This document shows, piece by piece, positions 51,586-64,000 of a stretch of DNA of 64,000 nt; within the stretch, counting starts at the first letter, position 1; every line of letters begins with the position of its first letter. Below the pieces are notes generated by a model, which was given only the letters and a program-made list of their open reading frames with translations, was not told the origin of the DNA and did no database searches. Source of the stretch: Octopus vulgaris (taxonomy: Eukaryota); the NCBI GenBank assembly GCA_951406725.2, contig OX597814.1, positions 173,724,001 to 173,788,000 of the forward strand, read 5' to 3'. A program made the translations under genes and the position numbers.

Positions 51586-52122
51586 ATATTTTTAACCGAC
51601 ATTGCAAGAGGATAAAAGGCAAAGCTGACTTCGGTGTAATACTGCGTAGCATTTTCCCTAACTCTAGCGATTCTGCGAACAACAACCACAACAATAATAA
51701 TAATACTATAGGTACAAGGCCTGAAATTTTCAGAGAAGAGATAAGTCGATTACATCGACCCAAATGCTTAAATGGTATTTATTTTATCAACTGACAGGGT
51801 GAAATGCAAAGTCAACCTTGGTGGAATTTGAACTCGGAATGTAAATTCCGACGAAATGCCGCTAAGCATTTTTTCCCAGCGTGTTAACGGTTCTGCCAGC
51901 TCGCCACCTTAATAACAATATTAATCCTTTCCACTAAAGGCACAAAGCTTGAAATCTGAGGGCGGGGACCAGTCGATTAAATCGGGCCTAGTGTTTCACT
52001 GGTACTTAATTTATCGACCCCAAAAGGATGAAATACAAAGTCGACCTCGGTGGGATTTGAACTCAGAACGTAACGACGAACGAAATACCTATTTCTTTAC
52101 TACCCACAAGGGCATAATAATA

Positions 52123-52585
52123 GCCATTAGCCACAAAGAATAATCTCTAATCCGAGCCTCCTCTAAGCTACTAAGAACGCGTGTGGAAACTTGAAGATCC
52201 ACCCACCACACACGATAGACTGGCGGTTGCACGGGTGCGAAAGCTACGTTGTTATCCTCATTCCGTAAACGGTGGCTTTTAACGGGTGGAGAGCTGAACC
52301 ATCATGGGGTACAGAGGATTCGCAATCTAGACTAGGGTCTGAAAGTTTACCACTTCATAGTAGGTTACACCATGGTTCCTTTGCTTTGTGGCAGAAGTAG
52401 GAAGGAAGAGTGAGAGAAAGTTGTGGTGAAGGAGTACAGCGGGGTTCACCACAATCCCCGCCGGAGCCTCGTGGAGCTTAGGTGTTTTTGCTCAAATAAA
52501 CACTCACAATGCCCGGTCTGGGAATCGAAACCGTGTTCTTACGACCGCGAGTCCGCTGCCCAAACCACTGGGCCATTGCGCTTCC
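52123..52585 (-). mobile_element. SINE family C, tail type ii
   Basis: Matches 36830-37324. Confidence 0.8.
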
Positions 52586-52687
52586 ACTCTGTTGCTGTTG
52601 TTGCTATTGTTGTTACTGTTGTTGGTTCAGTTGTTATTGCAGCTGATATTGTTGCTACTTACTGTTGCTGCTGTTGCTGTTGCTGTT

Positions 52688-53004
52688 GAGCGAACGGTCT
52701 TCGTCCCAGAGCTCGCAAGATGGGAGAGGTCCGAAACGTGGTCCTTTCCTATTCGTAAGACCCGCAGAAGAGAAAGCAGGTCAACCCCCGACACCGAGAG
52801 CATCGACGGATGGATGAATGCACATCCAGGCTCAGCAGTTGCGTAGGAAGTCGGGGACAAGAAACAGGAAGAAAGAGTGAGAGAAAGTTGGGGCGAAAGG
52901 GAGCAACAGGGGTCGCCAGCACCCCCTGCCGGAGCCTCGTGGAGCTTTTAGGTGTTTTCGCTCAGTAAACACACACAACGCCCGGTCTGGGAATCGAAAC
53001 CGCG
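52688..53004 (-). mobile_element. SINE family C, 5'-truncated, tail type iii
   Basis: Family C body at ~52860-53004 joined to a distinct ~170-bp tail. Confidence 0.7.
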
Positions 53005-53351
53005 ATGGTATTGGCAGCAGCGTGGTCCTCTTTCCTCTTTTTCTTATTTTATTTGTGAAAGGAGACATTCTGAGATGGTCAATTGTTCCAAAGACGCGGT
53101 ACCTCGGTCGTCTACTTTCCGGATTTCCACGCAGTTTTTTGTCCATTTGACAGAGAGAGGTCCGGATCCTTTCTAGCTGCATGGACTTTTACATGGAGAA
53201 GGAATAGGGAAAAGAAATTTTGATAAAAACCTTATTGCAATTTCATTTACTTACATCCCATTAATATATTTCCGTGTCCCACCTTGAGAAATATTGGCGT
53301 AGCTAGTTTGATTGCAGAAACAAGTTATGAATGATCTATTTGTAAATATTC

Positions 53352-54024
53352 TTTTCTACTCTAGGCCCAAGGCCCAAAATTTTGGTGGGAGCGGGAGCAG
53401 TCGATTAGATCGACCCAGTACGCAACTGGTATTTAATTTATCGACCCCAAAAGGATGAAAGGCAAAGTCGATCTCGACGGAATTTGAACTCAGAATGTTT
53501 CTTATTTCTTTATTGCCCATAAGGGGCTAAACATAGAGGGGACAAACAAGGGCAGACAAAGGGATTAAGTCGATTACATCGACTCCAGTGCGTGACTGGT
53601 ACTTTATTTAACGACCTCGACGTTTCTTATTTCTTTACTGCCCACAAAGGGCTACACACAGAGGGGGCAAACAAGGACAGACAAACGGATTAAGTTGAGT
53701 AACTAGTACTTATTTAACCGACCCCGAAAGGATGAAAGGCAAAGTCGACCTCGGCGGAATTTGAACTCAGAACGTAGCGGCAGACGAAATACCTATTTCT
53801 TTATTGCCCACAAGGGGATAAACATAGAGGGGATAAACAAGGACAGACAGAGGGATTAAGTCGATTATATCGACCCCAGTACGTAACTGGTACTTAATTT
53901 ATCGACCCCGAAAGGATGAAAGGCAAAGTCGACCTCGGCGGAATTTGATCTCAGAACGTAACGGCAGACGAAATACCGCTAAGCATTTCGCCCGGCGTGC
54001 TAACGATTCTGCCAGCTCGCCGCC
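53352..54024 (-). mobile_element. SINE family A multimer
   Basis: TSD TCTATTTGTAAATATTC at 53335-53351 and 54027-54043. Confidence 0.88.
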
Positions 54025-54732
54025 TTTCTATTTGTAAATATTCCTTTGTCGTGTTACAAGTTTTATGCGCCAGGGGAGAAAACTCTTATTAATAGTTTTT
54101 TTTTAAAAAAAGCATGGTTTCAAGGGAGGTTTCTGTTACTGGAATCGTTAAAGCAGTCAGACAAAATATTTTACAGTATCTTTTCTATTCTTAACGTTCA
54201 GGATTCAAACCCCCACTGCAATCAACTTATCCTTTCATCTCTTTAGGGTTAATAAAATAATGTACCAGCTACATATAGATCTCAGACTATCGACTAATTG
54301 ATGGCCCTGCGCAAATATTGGTTTCAAATTTTGGCACAAGGGAAGGTTAAGTCAATTACATCGACCTCGTGCTCAACTGCACACAACGATGAAAGGCAAA
54401 GTCGTGATATAAATGTGTGTGTGTGCGCGCATGCGTGCACGTTTACTTTTGTGCTTGTGTTTGTCCCCCACTATCGCTTGACAACCGTTATTAATGTGTT
54501 TACGTCCCAATAGCTTAACGGTTCGGCAAAAGAGACTTATAAAATAAATACCAAACTTTTAAAAAAAAATGTACTGGGGTCGATTCGTTCGCCTAAAATT
54601 CTTCAAGGCTATGAAAATATTAATAGCTCATAGGAAATATATATACTGTGTTTATTAAATAATATTTCTCACGAGATGGAGTGCTTTTATTTATTTATTT
54701 TTTTAATCTTACCATCACAGAACAGTGTGGAC

Positions 54733-54785
<53 letters not shown>

Positions 54786-54833
54786 TGACAGACAGCCCGA
54801 CAGACCGACAGACAGACAGACAGACAGACGGGC

Positions 54834-54931
<98 letters not shown>

Positions 54932-55234
54932 TGATCGAGGAAAATGAACTTAGATTTGATCTCAGAATGTAAAGTGCCGAAGCAAATGCAGCAAGATCTT
55001 CTAAACCGTTCTCTGAAATGAAATAATAAAAGATTGGTAAGGATAATCTCCCTTACATTAGGTAATAAAGATAGTTAAATGCAGAGTTAATTCCCTTAGA
55101 ACAATGCTCGTTTAAAATGTAATAATTTCTACCAGAGTTGGGGTATGTGAAAATTTCCCCTAGCCACCGTCTGTCTATCTGTGTGTGCGTGCGTGCGTAT
55201 ATGCGTGCGTATGTGTGTGCGTGTGTGTGTGTGG

Positions 55235-55299
<65 letters not shown>

Positions 55300-55429
55300 T
55301 GTGTGTGTGCGTGCGTGCGTGCGTGTGTTTTCTTTGTCTTTTCAATTTTTGAGTAAATTTTGACTGGCCACCAACTTGATAGCAAGGTTGTGAAGGGAAG
55401 TATCTTCTTTTAACCTTCATTCTTTGAAT

Positions 55430-56235
55430 CTTATGAAAGTCTTACAGATTTTTATAGTCCTAGATATTGTAGCATATGAATTAAAGATTTGCATTTTCTC
55501 CCCAGGATCCCAATTTCAGCTATATTTTGCTCCAGACAGGTTGGGATGTATCCTGTTGCTTCAATAATAGGTATGAAGCTGAAAATATATCTTGGGTACT
55601 GGGTTTGCAAACTCCTTATCAATGCTCCATAGATGTCCTCTTTCTCGTGTATTTTTATTTCTTTACTGCCCATTAGGGGGCTAAACATAGAGGGGACGAA
55701 CAAGGACAGACAAAGAGATTAAGTCGATTACATCAGTCCCAGTGCGTGACAGGTACTTAATTTATCGACCCCGAAAGGATGAAAGGTAAAGTCGATCTCG
55801 GCGGAATTTGAACTCAGAATGTTTAAAGATTTCGGCCGGCGCACTAACGTTTTTGCCAGGTCACCGCCATTTTCTCATGTATTTTTCTGATCACATTCGT
55901 GTTCAGCAAGCAGCTGATTTTCCCAACAGAACATATCTTTTCTTTGTGGCTGTTTAATTTTTAAGTTCCACTAATATTCTTTTGATCCTTTGGTCTCAAT
56001 ATGGTCAACTTTGTTTGTTGGTATTTTTCTTTTTCATTGTCTCATTAAAAGATAATATCTGGAAGACATTCTCTCACAGTTGGCAATGATATTGTTGTAA
56101 GCTGAGAGTTCTGATGATTATATTCTCTTTACTCTTCTGAGGTATTCATTCCTGGTCCTCTCCTTATTTAGGTGTCCATTATATCTGACATTCTCATCGT
56201 TTCTGAGATACCTATAATAGCCACCTGACTGTTGA
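55430..56235 (-). pseudogene. Degenerate R4/Dong-like non-LTR retrotransposon (RT end, zinc-knuckle remnant, RLE end)
   Basis: Minus strand YRYL...NKERTRNEYLRRVKRI...ELSAYN, IIANCERMSSRYYL, EKEDIYGALIRSLQTQYPRYIFSFIPII...GYIPTCL. Confidence 0.7.
55657..55868 (-). mobile_element. SINE family A inserted in the R4/Dong-like relic
   Basis: TSD TTTCTCRTGTATTTTT at 55641-55656 and 55871-55886. Confidence 0.85.
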
Positions 56236-56394
56236 GGTTGTATTGTCAAACTGTTCATTCTTGGGTTTTCAGAGGAGGGCAAAACTTTTCCACATTTCAT
56301 TGTCGAAAATGCACATTTGGACCCACCAATATGTATGTACGTGTGTGTGTGTGTGTCTTGTTTTTAACCATCTTGCATATACATATGCCTTCAA

Positions 56395-57410
56395 TCACTT
56401 CAAACCAACAAGGCCATTGGACCTGATGATGTCCTTAAACACTGCACCCCAAAGCTAGTCCCATGTACTCACCAAACTCTTCAATTTCTCCTTTGTTAAT
56501 GTATCCTGATCTTTGGGGACATTCTACAATGTGTCCCATTCCCAACTATAGCAATCTCCTTGACATACCCCCTATTACCTGATTGCTTTCACATCTAATA
56601 TTTCTGAGGTAATGGAGACAACCATAAACAATAATGTCATCCAACACCTTTAATCTCTCTCTCTCTCTCTCTCCTTATGGCCACTAGTATGGTTTCAGTT
56701 AAGCCAGATCCACAAGTCAACTTCTCACCTCGTCATCCGGCAATAGGCTCTCACCTCGGAAGATTTTGATGAAACTAATTTTGTCACGGTCAACATCGGC
56801 AAAGCTTTTGACAGTGTCTGGCATGCGAATCTCCTGTCCACCTATAGACTCCACCCATTTCTCAACTCTTGGATTACATTTTCCAATCAGCTCATACAAG
56901 TGCTGCATGTGTTGACAGGATTCTTTCTGTTCCTCATTCTCCCATCTCCGATGTTCCCAAAGGTTCAGTTTTTGTCCTCCACTCTCTTCTTTCATAGCTA
57001 GGACCGTATCCCAACAACTGGTCTTCATCGACTGCCACCTATTACTAACACTTTACAGTGCTCAGGTAAGGGCCACAGTAGAGTATTGCTCCCTCATCTG
57101 GGGCAGTGCTGCAGCTGCTGCACACATAAACACACTTGACCATATCCATAAATGACCTCTTGTCTGATAGGCATAAATTTACTCCCAGATCAGATTCAAC
57201 TCCTGGCCCACAAGTGCTCTATATCCACTTATTCTTCCTTTTATACAGCTATTATAATAGCCTCTGATCCTGTAGAGTTAGCTACATTTATCTCATCTCT
57301 ACTCAAGCATTTACGTCCTATTCATTTCTCCTTTTCTCACTACCCTTGGTCTCACTCTAATCATGTATTAGTACACAAATTATTATCAGCACCACTATAT
57401 TCCTTATATT
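56395..57410 (+). pseudogene. Highly degenerate APE-type LINE reverse transcriptase (CR1/L2/Jockey group)
   Basis: NKAIGPDD, LTKLFN, YGF, NIGKAFDSVWH, VPKGSV and VEYCSLIWG motifs across broken frames. Confidence 0.75.
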
Positions 57411-57764
57411 TCTAAATGTATTGAACCCTCTTGACAACTTGGCTGAATATATGTCGCAGAGGAGGCCGAATAAGACTAAAATATGTCCATTGCTTCTACC
57501 AGCTGGAGTAAAAAACCAGATCCACTAATTTCTTTCTTTTCCAAATTTCGTTCTTATTGAAGTTAAGTTATTTCCCTTGATTTTTTTGCTTCTGACATTA
57601 AAACACTCCAAAGTGGAGTCTGCTACTCGCCCTTCACCACCTACAAACATTCTAGATCATGTGGAAAAGAGGGTCATAAGGACGGAAAGATTCAATCCCC
57701 CAGCAAGCTTCCAGAAGGTTACTTTCAGAAGGTAAAGCTTGGATGGAGAATATAGAGTAGCCCC

Positions 57765-58122
57765 ATGCTAGTATAGGGTGCTAAGAGCACCATCCGAGCA
57801 TGATCGTTGTCACAGCGGCTAACTGGCTGTGGCACGTAAAAGGCACCATTCGAGCATGATTGTTACCAGCATCGCCTTACTGGCACCTGTGCCAGTGGCA
57901 TGTGTAAAAAGATTCAAGCGAGGTTGTTGCCAGTACCGCCTGACTGGCCCCCATGCCAGTATCACGTAAAAGCACCCACTACACTCTAGGAGTGGTCGGC
58001 GTTAGGAAGAGCATCCAGCTGTAGAAACTCTGCTGGATCAAGATTCAAGTCTGATGCAGTCATCTGGTTCGCCAGCCTCATGCTAGCATGGAAAGCGGAC
58101 ATTAAAGGATGATGATGATGAT
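57765..58122 (+). mobile_element. Interspersed retroposon-like repeat with (GAT)n tail; related copies at ~60415-60548 (-) and ~62620-62826 (+)
   Basis: Shared CACGTAAAAAGCACC...GCATCCAGCTGTAGAAA...CATGCTAGCATGGAAA blocks. Confidence 0.7.
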
Positions 58123-58306
58123 GTAAGAAATGAATTTTAACTGAAGGTGAAATTGAACAAAGACAAAGGTATGGAGCTCTGTTAGCTCACAATAGATGCC
58201 ATTTTAGTAGCAAGATGAGCAGAAAAAGGAAACTAAGGTGAGCTAGCAGTCATAGAGCATTAGAAGGTGAATCTATGGTAATTGCTCCAATAGTCTTCAT
58301 CTAAAG

Positions 58307-58912
58307 CAGTGTTTCTCAACCATTTTTTTTACCTATGACCCCCTTTGATTCCTATTTTACTTGGATGGACTCTCCTAGCCAGGAGATCTTACGTTTTGAA
58401 TTAAATATAATTAGGAAATGCATTACTCTTTTACTTGTTTCAGTCATTTGACTGTGGCCATGCTGCAGCACCGCCTTTAGTCAAGCAAATTGACCCCAGG
58501 ACTTATTCTTTGTAAGCCCAGTACTTATTCTATTAGTCTCTTTGCTGAACCGCTAAGTTACAGGGACATAAACACACCAGCATCAGTTGTCAAGCGACGT
58601 TGGGGGGACAAACACAGACTCACAAACATACACATATATATACAACAGGCTTCTTTCAGTTTCTGTCTACCAAATCCACTTACAAGGCTTTGGTCAGCCC
58701 GAGGCTATAGTAGAAGACACTTGCCCAAGGTGCCACGCAGTAGGACTGAACCCGGAATCATGTGGTTTGTAAGCAAGCTACTTACCGCACAGCCACTCCT
58801 GCGCCATTAAAAATATTGTCGAAATATTTTGCAAATTGTAGAAGCGTAACAAATTTATTGCATGTAAATTTAAATAACAAAATCTTATATATACCTGGGT
58901 TAAGAACCACTG
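58307..58912 (+). mobile_element. hAT MITE (same family as 8241-8569) containing a SINE B
   Basis: TIRs CAGTGTTTCTCAACC / GGTTAAGAACCACTG; TSD ATCTAAAG / ATCTAAAC. Confidence 0.82.
58424..58805 (-). mobile_element. SINE family B
   Basis: Full-length reverse-complement copy. Confidence 0.88.
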
Positions 58913-59192
58913 ATCTAAACTTGGGTTTAATGTCTATGTGTATGGCAGGAATACCAGCCAATATAATAAGTAATGCTTCATCCAATATAAGGACTGGCGG
59001 CAAGTAAGACATACAGCCATAGAAAATCAGCCTCTACAAATTCCAGCAGACCCATGCAAGCACAGAAAAAGTGGACATTATAATGATAATGGTGATATAA
59101 CTGGTGGTGATGGTGGTGGTAGTCGATCTTCCAGTCAAACCAAGGAAACTGTTTCTATTGTCCTTTCAAATTGCTTATGTTATTTGTTGGGT

Positions 59193-59507
59193 GGAGGTGC
59201 AATGGCCCAGTGGTTAGGACAGCGGACTAGTGGTCGGAGGATTGTGGTTTCGATTCCCAGACCGGGTGTTGTGTATTTATTGAGTGAAAACACCTAAAGC
59301 TCCACGAGGCTCCTGCAGGGGGTGGTGGCGACCCTTGATGTACCCTTTCGCCCCAACTTTCTCTCATTCTCTCTTCCTGTTTCTTGAGTAATGCTGTGAT
59401 GGACTGGCATCCTGTCCAACTGGGGGGAACACACATGCCACAGAAACCAGGAAAAAGGGCCCATGAGCATGGCTAGGCTTGAAAAGGGCACATAAATAAA
59501 ATAAACA
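59193..59507 (+). mobile_element. SINE family C with V-domain-like tail
   Basis: tRNA head; TSD ATGTTATTTG. Confidence 0.8.
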
Positions 59508-60580
59508 ATGTTATTTGATGGTCACAGTTCCTGACAATAATGCCAGTTTCTTCAATGCCTGAACAGAATTTAAACTCAATATGCATGAAACTAGAACAAC
59601 TACTGCAAAGCATCCAATCTGAAGTTCAAAACAATTCCACCAATCAACCACCCCTTTTTTTTCTTTTAGCCATTCTGAAAGGATTAAAAACAAAGCTGAC
59701 CTTGATGGGATTTGAACTCAAAAGCACAATCAGAACAGATACCATGAAGTATAGTACCCAACATACAAAGAATTCTGCCAATTTGTTGTCTATACATGAT
59801 CCAATATTTTTCAACTACTTAATCAGAAGAATAAGAGCAATTCCTGTGACCTTTCTCAGTAGAAGTTGAGCCAGATCAGAGACTTGACCTAACTGCTTGC
59901 AAATGAATAGAACCCATTTTAAAGACATTCAAGGCACTCAGAGATGGTATTAAACAGAGCAAGTTGTTAGTCTAACATTCACCATTTAATGTCCAGCTTC
60001 CATGCTCCAAATTGAATTTTTAAAAAACCATTAAAAAAAGATTAAATCCAAGCTGAAGCATTGTCCAGATGGAAAGTTCCAAAACCAAGAGAGGAAAATC
60101 TGGATTAAGACCCAATGTTGACCTTGACTATTAATGTTTTTTCTGCTTTGTTTATACATAAAAATTTGCTTACAGGCAATTAACAGAAATAACAATGATT
60201 ATTCTTTTACTTGTTCCAGTCATTTGACTGCAGTCATACTGGAGCACTACCTTGAAGGGTTTTATTTAGTTGAACACATCGACCCCAGTACATACTTTTC
60301 ATAAACCTGGTACTTATTCTGTCAGTCTTTTGCTGAACTGTTAAGGGGATGTATATATACCAGTTGTCAAGCAGTAGTGCAGTACAAACACAAACACAGA
60401 CACACACACAAATATCATCATTTAACATCCGCTTTCCATGCTAGCATGGGTTGGACGATTTGACTGAGGACTGGTGAACCAGATGGCTGCACCAGGCTCC
60501 AATCTGATCTGGCAGAGTTTCTACAGCTGGATGCCATTCCTAACACCAATATATATATATGTGTGTGTGTGTATATGTGA

Positions 60581-60625
<45 letters not shown>

Positions 60626-61337
60626 CATACATACATACATACACACACAACGAGCTTCTTTCAGTTTTTGTCTACCAAATCCATTCACAAGGCTTTGGTT
60701 GGCCCAAGGATATAGAAGAAGACACTTACCCAAGGTGTCACAAAGTGGGACTGAACCTAGAATCATGTGGTTCTGGGTTCACCTCCAGTGATTCTTTGCT
60801 TAACTTTACACAATAGGCATGGTGGTTAACATATTAATATATATTTTATGTAGAGTTTCAAGCTGTGTGTTTAACTATCCAAGTTAGATAGAAGCAAAGA
60901 TTAATTTATGAAATTTTTATTTAAAAAAATATGTTCTCAGATTACTTTTCAAAATTGTAAAAAATGAATAAATTCCCAGTATGATTTAAAATGATTTAGA
61001 TTATTCATGCAAGACCTTAGATTTAGCAAAGCATGTGACAGCAGTCAGTAATATCAATCCAAATAACTGTTTATTTTATCAACACTAAAAGGATGGAAAT
61101 CAAATCTAAAAAATAATAATGAAAGGTAAGTCAATTACATTGACCCCAGCACTTGACTGGTACTTATTTTATTGAGCCAAAAAAAAAAAAAAAAAAAATG
61201 AAAGATAAAATCGACTGTCAGGATTTGAACTCAGAACAAAGATAGACAAAATGTTGCAAAGCACTTTTGTTTGGCATGTTAACAGTTCTGCCAACTTGCC
61301 ACTTTAATAAAAATAATAATAATAAATTTATTAATTA

Positions 61338-61380
<43 letters not shown>

Positions 61381-61403
61381 GCAAGAAATAATTTTGATTA
61401 GAA

Positions 61404-61409
61404 TTTATT
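61404..61409 (-). promoter_or_regulatory. Candidate poly(A) signal for PIN1 (alternative at 61493-61498)
   Basis: AATAAA on the minus strand ~400 nt after the stop; AT-rich context makes a chance match likely. Confidence 0.3.
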
Positions 61410-61814
61410 TTAACAGTCATAAGAAACAAAATTCTACCTGTAAACAGGGTTATCCTTTGAGCAAATGCAAAGGATAAAAAGCATTTTTAACTTTTATTCG
61501 GCAAAAGCAGAATGTTTCTTCTTTTAAATGCATTTATATTTCTCTTCTGATAAAATGGAATGACTGGTAGAGTTTCAAGACAAAAAAAAAATCCATCTAT
61601 ACCTTAAAGAATGGGTGGGAAGGAAGAGGAGAAAAGGAGAGATGAGATTGGAAAGTAGCAGAAGGGGCCATTACCATTGAAAGTGGTATCAGAAAAGGAA
61701 CAAATTTAAGAGGAATTAGGCTTCTTGCTCTGAATTAAACATGATCACACCTTTCACACCATTAAAAGTTTCTAAAATTAAAGATTGTTATCTTTTAATG
61801 TCCATAAAAATACT

Positions 61815-62035
61815 TTATGCTGTTCTCAAAATGATGTGGTAACCTGAATCAGTTGAAACGATGTCACTCAATTCTCCTACTTCCAAACTAAAAGCAGCAT
61901 CCTCAAATGGTTTCTGCATCTGTCCTCGACCAAACAAACCCAAGTCACCTTTGTTCTTGGCAGAACTGCAGTCACTGTACTGAGTTGCCAACTCGGAAAA
62001 ACCAGCCTCACCTGATTCAATTTGTTCCAAATAAC
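61815..62035 (-). CDS. PIN1: Peptidyl-prolyl cis-trans isomerase NIMA-interacting 1, terminal coding exon (parvulin domain C-terminal half)
   Basis: [72 protein letters not shown]; [17 protein letters not shown] and DSGxHIILRT are Pin1 hallmarks; polypyrimidine tract and AAG acceptor at 62036-62037, phase 1. Confidence 0.95.
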
Positions 62036-62990
62036 CTTGAAAAATAAAAAGAAAAGAAACAGAATATATATAAATAAGCCAGGTACCATTCAAAATAAAA
62101 TAGTACAGGGCAAAATCTGATGATAAAGTTTGACAAGAAAATCAATCGAGGCAAAAAAAATTATCATGAAGGCCCTCATAGTTTAGCTAGATATCTAGAG
62201 TGATGGATACAGGTGTTAAATAAGTTTAAAATGAAATGTACTTTAGCATATTAGTCATCACAGACTACCCCTGATTAGAATTGAAACCTGGATCTAATAG
62301 CAAACCAACAGAGCCAGTCAGGAAAACTTTGCTCTGAGGTGGAACACAGGAGAAGCTTCTAATTATTATCTCCAGGTTCAATGAACTCTGCATTACTACA
62401 AGCTAACAAGATAATTGCAGTGTTCCTGCTGCTTACAATGGTGAACTAGTCTTGTTAACAGCTCCAACAGACTGAGCCCCCCAGGGGTGAAAGTTCTTTG
62501 GCTATAATATTGCAATCAGATATAACTGACCAATCAACGTCTAGTGCCCTATTGGATCAGTTAGGTGGAAATACTTCACTCAAACTCAACCATATCCTTC
62601 TCATGTTAGCACCAACTGATCATGGCCATTTCCAGCCTCCCCTGGCACCTGTGCCAGTGGCACGTAAAAAGCACCTACTACACTCACGGAGTGATTGGCA
62701 TTATGAAGGGCATCCAGCTGTAGAAATACTGCCAGATCAGACTGGAGCTTGGTGCAGCCTCCTGGCTTCCCAGACCCTGGTCAAATCGTCCAACCCATGC
62801 TAGCATGGAAAACGGACGTATGATGAATTATTTTAAATCTGTTTTGCAAGCAAATTTTTTTTCTTTTAATGTGCATCATAATACATACAGAGTAATTCCA
62901 ATGAAATACATTTAGCAAGTTTGCTATACAGTATATCACCATTTGTCACAGCTTTTGTTGTTTCTTCTGTAAGGCACATATTTTCTTTAA

Positions 62991-63209
62991 CCCTTTCATT
63001 ACTGTATTTATTTTGAGAAGCTCTGTGTCTTTCAATTAATTTTAAATATAATAAAGAATTTAGTAAAATAACTTAGTTATCATTAAGCTGGCGTTAGGAA
63101 CATAAATTGTGACTAAAATTTGGTGGAAGATTTTAATTAAAAACTTAAGAAAATAAGACATTTGCACTCAGAGCCAGAGCCGGTTTCAGCCAGGTTAGTA
63201 ATGAAAGGG
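62991..63209. mobile_element. piggyBac-like MITE (in PIN1 intron)
   Basis: TTAA|CCCTTTCATTACT ... AGTAATGAAAGGG|TTAA; 13-bp perfect TIR. Confidence 0.88.
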
Positions 63210-64000
63210 TTAATCTTCAACGAGTGCCCTCCACCAAAAGCACTTACCGGCACTCAGTAACCACTGATTGTCTATTAAGATCACATGCCAACCATCTTTC
63301 TCCCACTCACATTAGTTGATGCCTTTAATACTTAGCTGCTCTTTCAACTTAACCTCTTACTCAGACTAACATTACACATCCAACAGCTTTCCCAGATTTG
63401 CCACCAGCAAAAACAGTTGTTAAACTGGTTGTGGTGATAAGAGATTGGAATGTACAGTATAACTACATTGAGTCTCTTCTCCATTCTACTCTTGTTAAAT
63501 CTCCACCTACTACCTTCTTCATTAAGCCCTTATCTATCAGTCACCCACTAACCTATTTACACAACCACAACTGAGTAACAGAAAATTACATTTGATCTTT
63601 TCACATTTAATTCCTCCATTACCTTTTATCACTATCTTCCACATCATTGCCTAAGTAACAAAGTTTGGCATCAAATCTGACCATATTCAGTTACCACTAC
63701 CACCACCCACCCTTCTTCACAACAAGCTATCTCTCACCAATACCCATCTCTACTGCTGGTTATCATTCATCATCATTGCTACCTTCATCATGCTACTCAA
63801 AATGTTTCTCATTCAATCTCCTTACCAACAATTAACATGTACCCATCACGGTTTCTTCCATTACTCCTCCTTCTCTCCCCTCATTCTCTTGGTCATCACT
63901 CATCTATTCACCCCTTAGTCATCACTCTGTTTTTCACGCCCTTAGCCCTTTAGCATTTAAACTGGCCGTATTCAGCCTAAATATTCTGTTTTATGTTCAA

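Noticed and set aside
52715-52750. GGA-GAGG-UCC-GAAAC-GUG-GUC hammerhead-like string
   Set aside because: No CUGANGA and no stem I
57455-57490. CAGAGGA-GGCC...GACU-AAAAUAUGUC hammerhead-like string
   Set aside because: Too many core and stem mismatches to separate from chance
62036-62093. N-terminal [19 protein letters not shown] of the ORF-track Pin1 ORF
   Set aside because: Intronic polypyrimidine tract upstream of the splice acceptor
63946-64000. Start of a second piggyBac-like MITE (TTAG|CCCTTTAGCATTTAAAC)
   Set aside because: Truncated by the window edge; the partner TIR cannot be seen

Overview
Eukaryotic, AT-rich, repeat-saturated DNA, most likely octopod cephalopod (inferred from the 5S sequence, the tRNA-derived SINE families and the extreme microsatellite load). 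The only confident host-gene segment is the terminal coding exon of a Pin1 parvulin-type prolyl isomerase (minus strand, 61815-62035); its upstream exons presumably lie beyond the window. The rest is many copies of at least four modular tRNA-SINE families, a dead mariner transposase, and fragments of RTE, CR1, Tx1/L1 and R4/Dong-like LINEs. There are also a non-autonomous Helitron, hAT-, piggyBac- and Mutator-like MITEs, a solitary 5S copy, a 28S fragment and a 21-bp minisatellite. Almost all ORF-track entries are microsatellite or SINE artefacts. The most interesting signals are: (i) (TA)n-flanked, Penelope-like non-coding elements carrying minimal hammerhead-like motifs, one with a U3-A8 core; (ii) a covarying structured RNA motif whose 5' edge coincides with the end of a ~400-bp palindrome; (iii) a Tx1-like LINE 3' end that resembles the tail of the dominant SINE; (iv) a minisatellite bracketed by an inverted repeat; (v) a locally templated insertion. 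All family names are from by-eye recognition, not database searches, and repeat boundaries are approximate.
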